A stretch of DNA of 64,000 nucleotides from Octopus bimaculoides. Taxonomy: Eukaryota. The position numbers and the translations under genes were made by a program. The stretch's first letter is position 1; each line of letters starts with the position of its first letter. The DNA lies in the NCBI RefSeq assembly GCF_001194135.2, contig NC_069004.1:27537021-27601020 (forward strand), given 5' to 3'. Of this stretch, positions 63,520 to 64,000 are shown piece after piece. Below the pieces are notes generated by a model, which made no database searches, was not told where the DNA came from, and saw nothing but the letters and a program-made list of their open reading frames with translations.

Positions 63520-64000
63520 ATATTAAAGTCATAAACTGACAGAATCATTAGCATGTTGGACAGAATGCTTTGTGCCATTTTGTCTGAGTTGGAATTCCAC
63601 TGAGATCAACTTTGATTTTCATCCTTTCGGAGTCAATAAAATAAAGTACCAGTTAAGCACTTGAGTCAATATAATCAACTTAGCCCTCCCCTCAGAATTA
63701 CTGGTCTTGCTCCTAAATTAGAAGGTGTATTTATTACTAAGATGATGAACTGGCAGAATTGTTAGAACATCAAACAAATATAATTGACCAACGCCCTTCC
63801 CTTAAAATTACTGGCCTTAAACCTCTGTTTGAAAATGTGGATTGGCAGAAAAATGAGAGTATTGGTGTGAAAGTCTTTTATGGCATTCCTTCGGGCTTTT
63901 TAAGTTCTGAGGTCAAATATTGCAGAGGTTAACTTTGCCTTTCATCCTTTTATAGTTGATGAAATAAAGTACCAGTCAAGTACTGGGGTTCACTGTAATT
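63520..64000 (+). mobile_element. Tandem SINE-B2 copies, running off the window end
   Basis: CAGAATCATTAGCATG..AACTTTG..TTTCATCCTTT..ATAAAGTACCAG at ~63540 and ~63900. Confidence 0.82.

Overview
AT-rich eukaryotic DNA from a gapped draft assembly (16 N-runs, most flanked by TA/TG/GA microsatellites). The repeat content (tRNA-derived SINE families, (TA)n/(TG)n arrays, RTE and R4/Dong LINE remnants) suggests a coleoid cephalopod, probably Octopus; this is inference, not a database match. No intact host gene can be supported, so the window reads as a large intron or intergenic tract, and most of the ORF track is microsatellite or N-gap noise. Real coding signal comes only from transposon relics: a Helitron Rep/Pif1-helicase fragment (13.6-15.0 kb), three R4/Dong restriction-like-endonuclease fragments, several RTE fragments and a possible Penelope fragment. 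There are dozens of SINE copies from at least five modular families (labels A, B1/B2, C, E and V are mine), plus MITEs with hAT (8-bp TSD), Tc1/mariner (TA) and piggyBac-like (TTAA) signatures. Best leads: (1) an apparently intact minimal type I hammerhead ribozyme on the minus strand at 8523-8576; (2) four of five young SINE-B1 copies inserted into the same short motif of another SINE; (3) R4/Dong LINEs and SINE-B2 arrays sharing (TAA/ATT)n targets; (4) a recursive-splice-site/27-nt microexon architecture at 58501-58557; (5) a 117-bp tandem array in a probable RTE 5' leader; (6) three long fold-backs and one perfect 42-bp palindrome. SINE boundaries were read by eye and are approximate.
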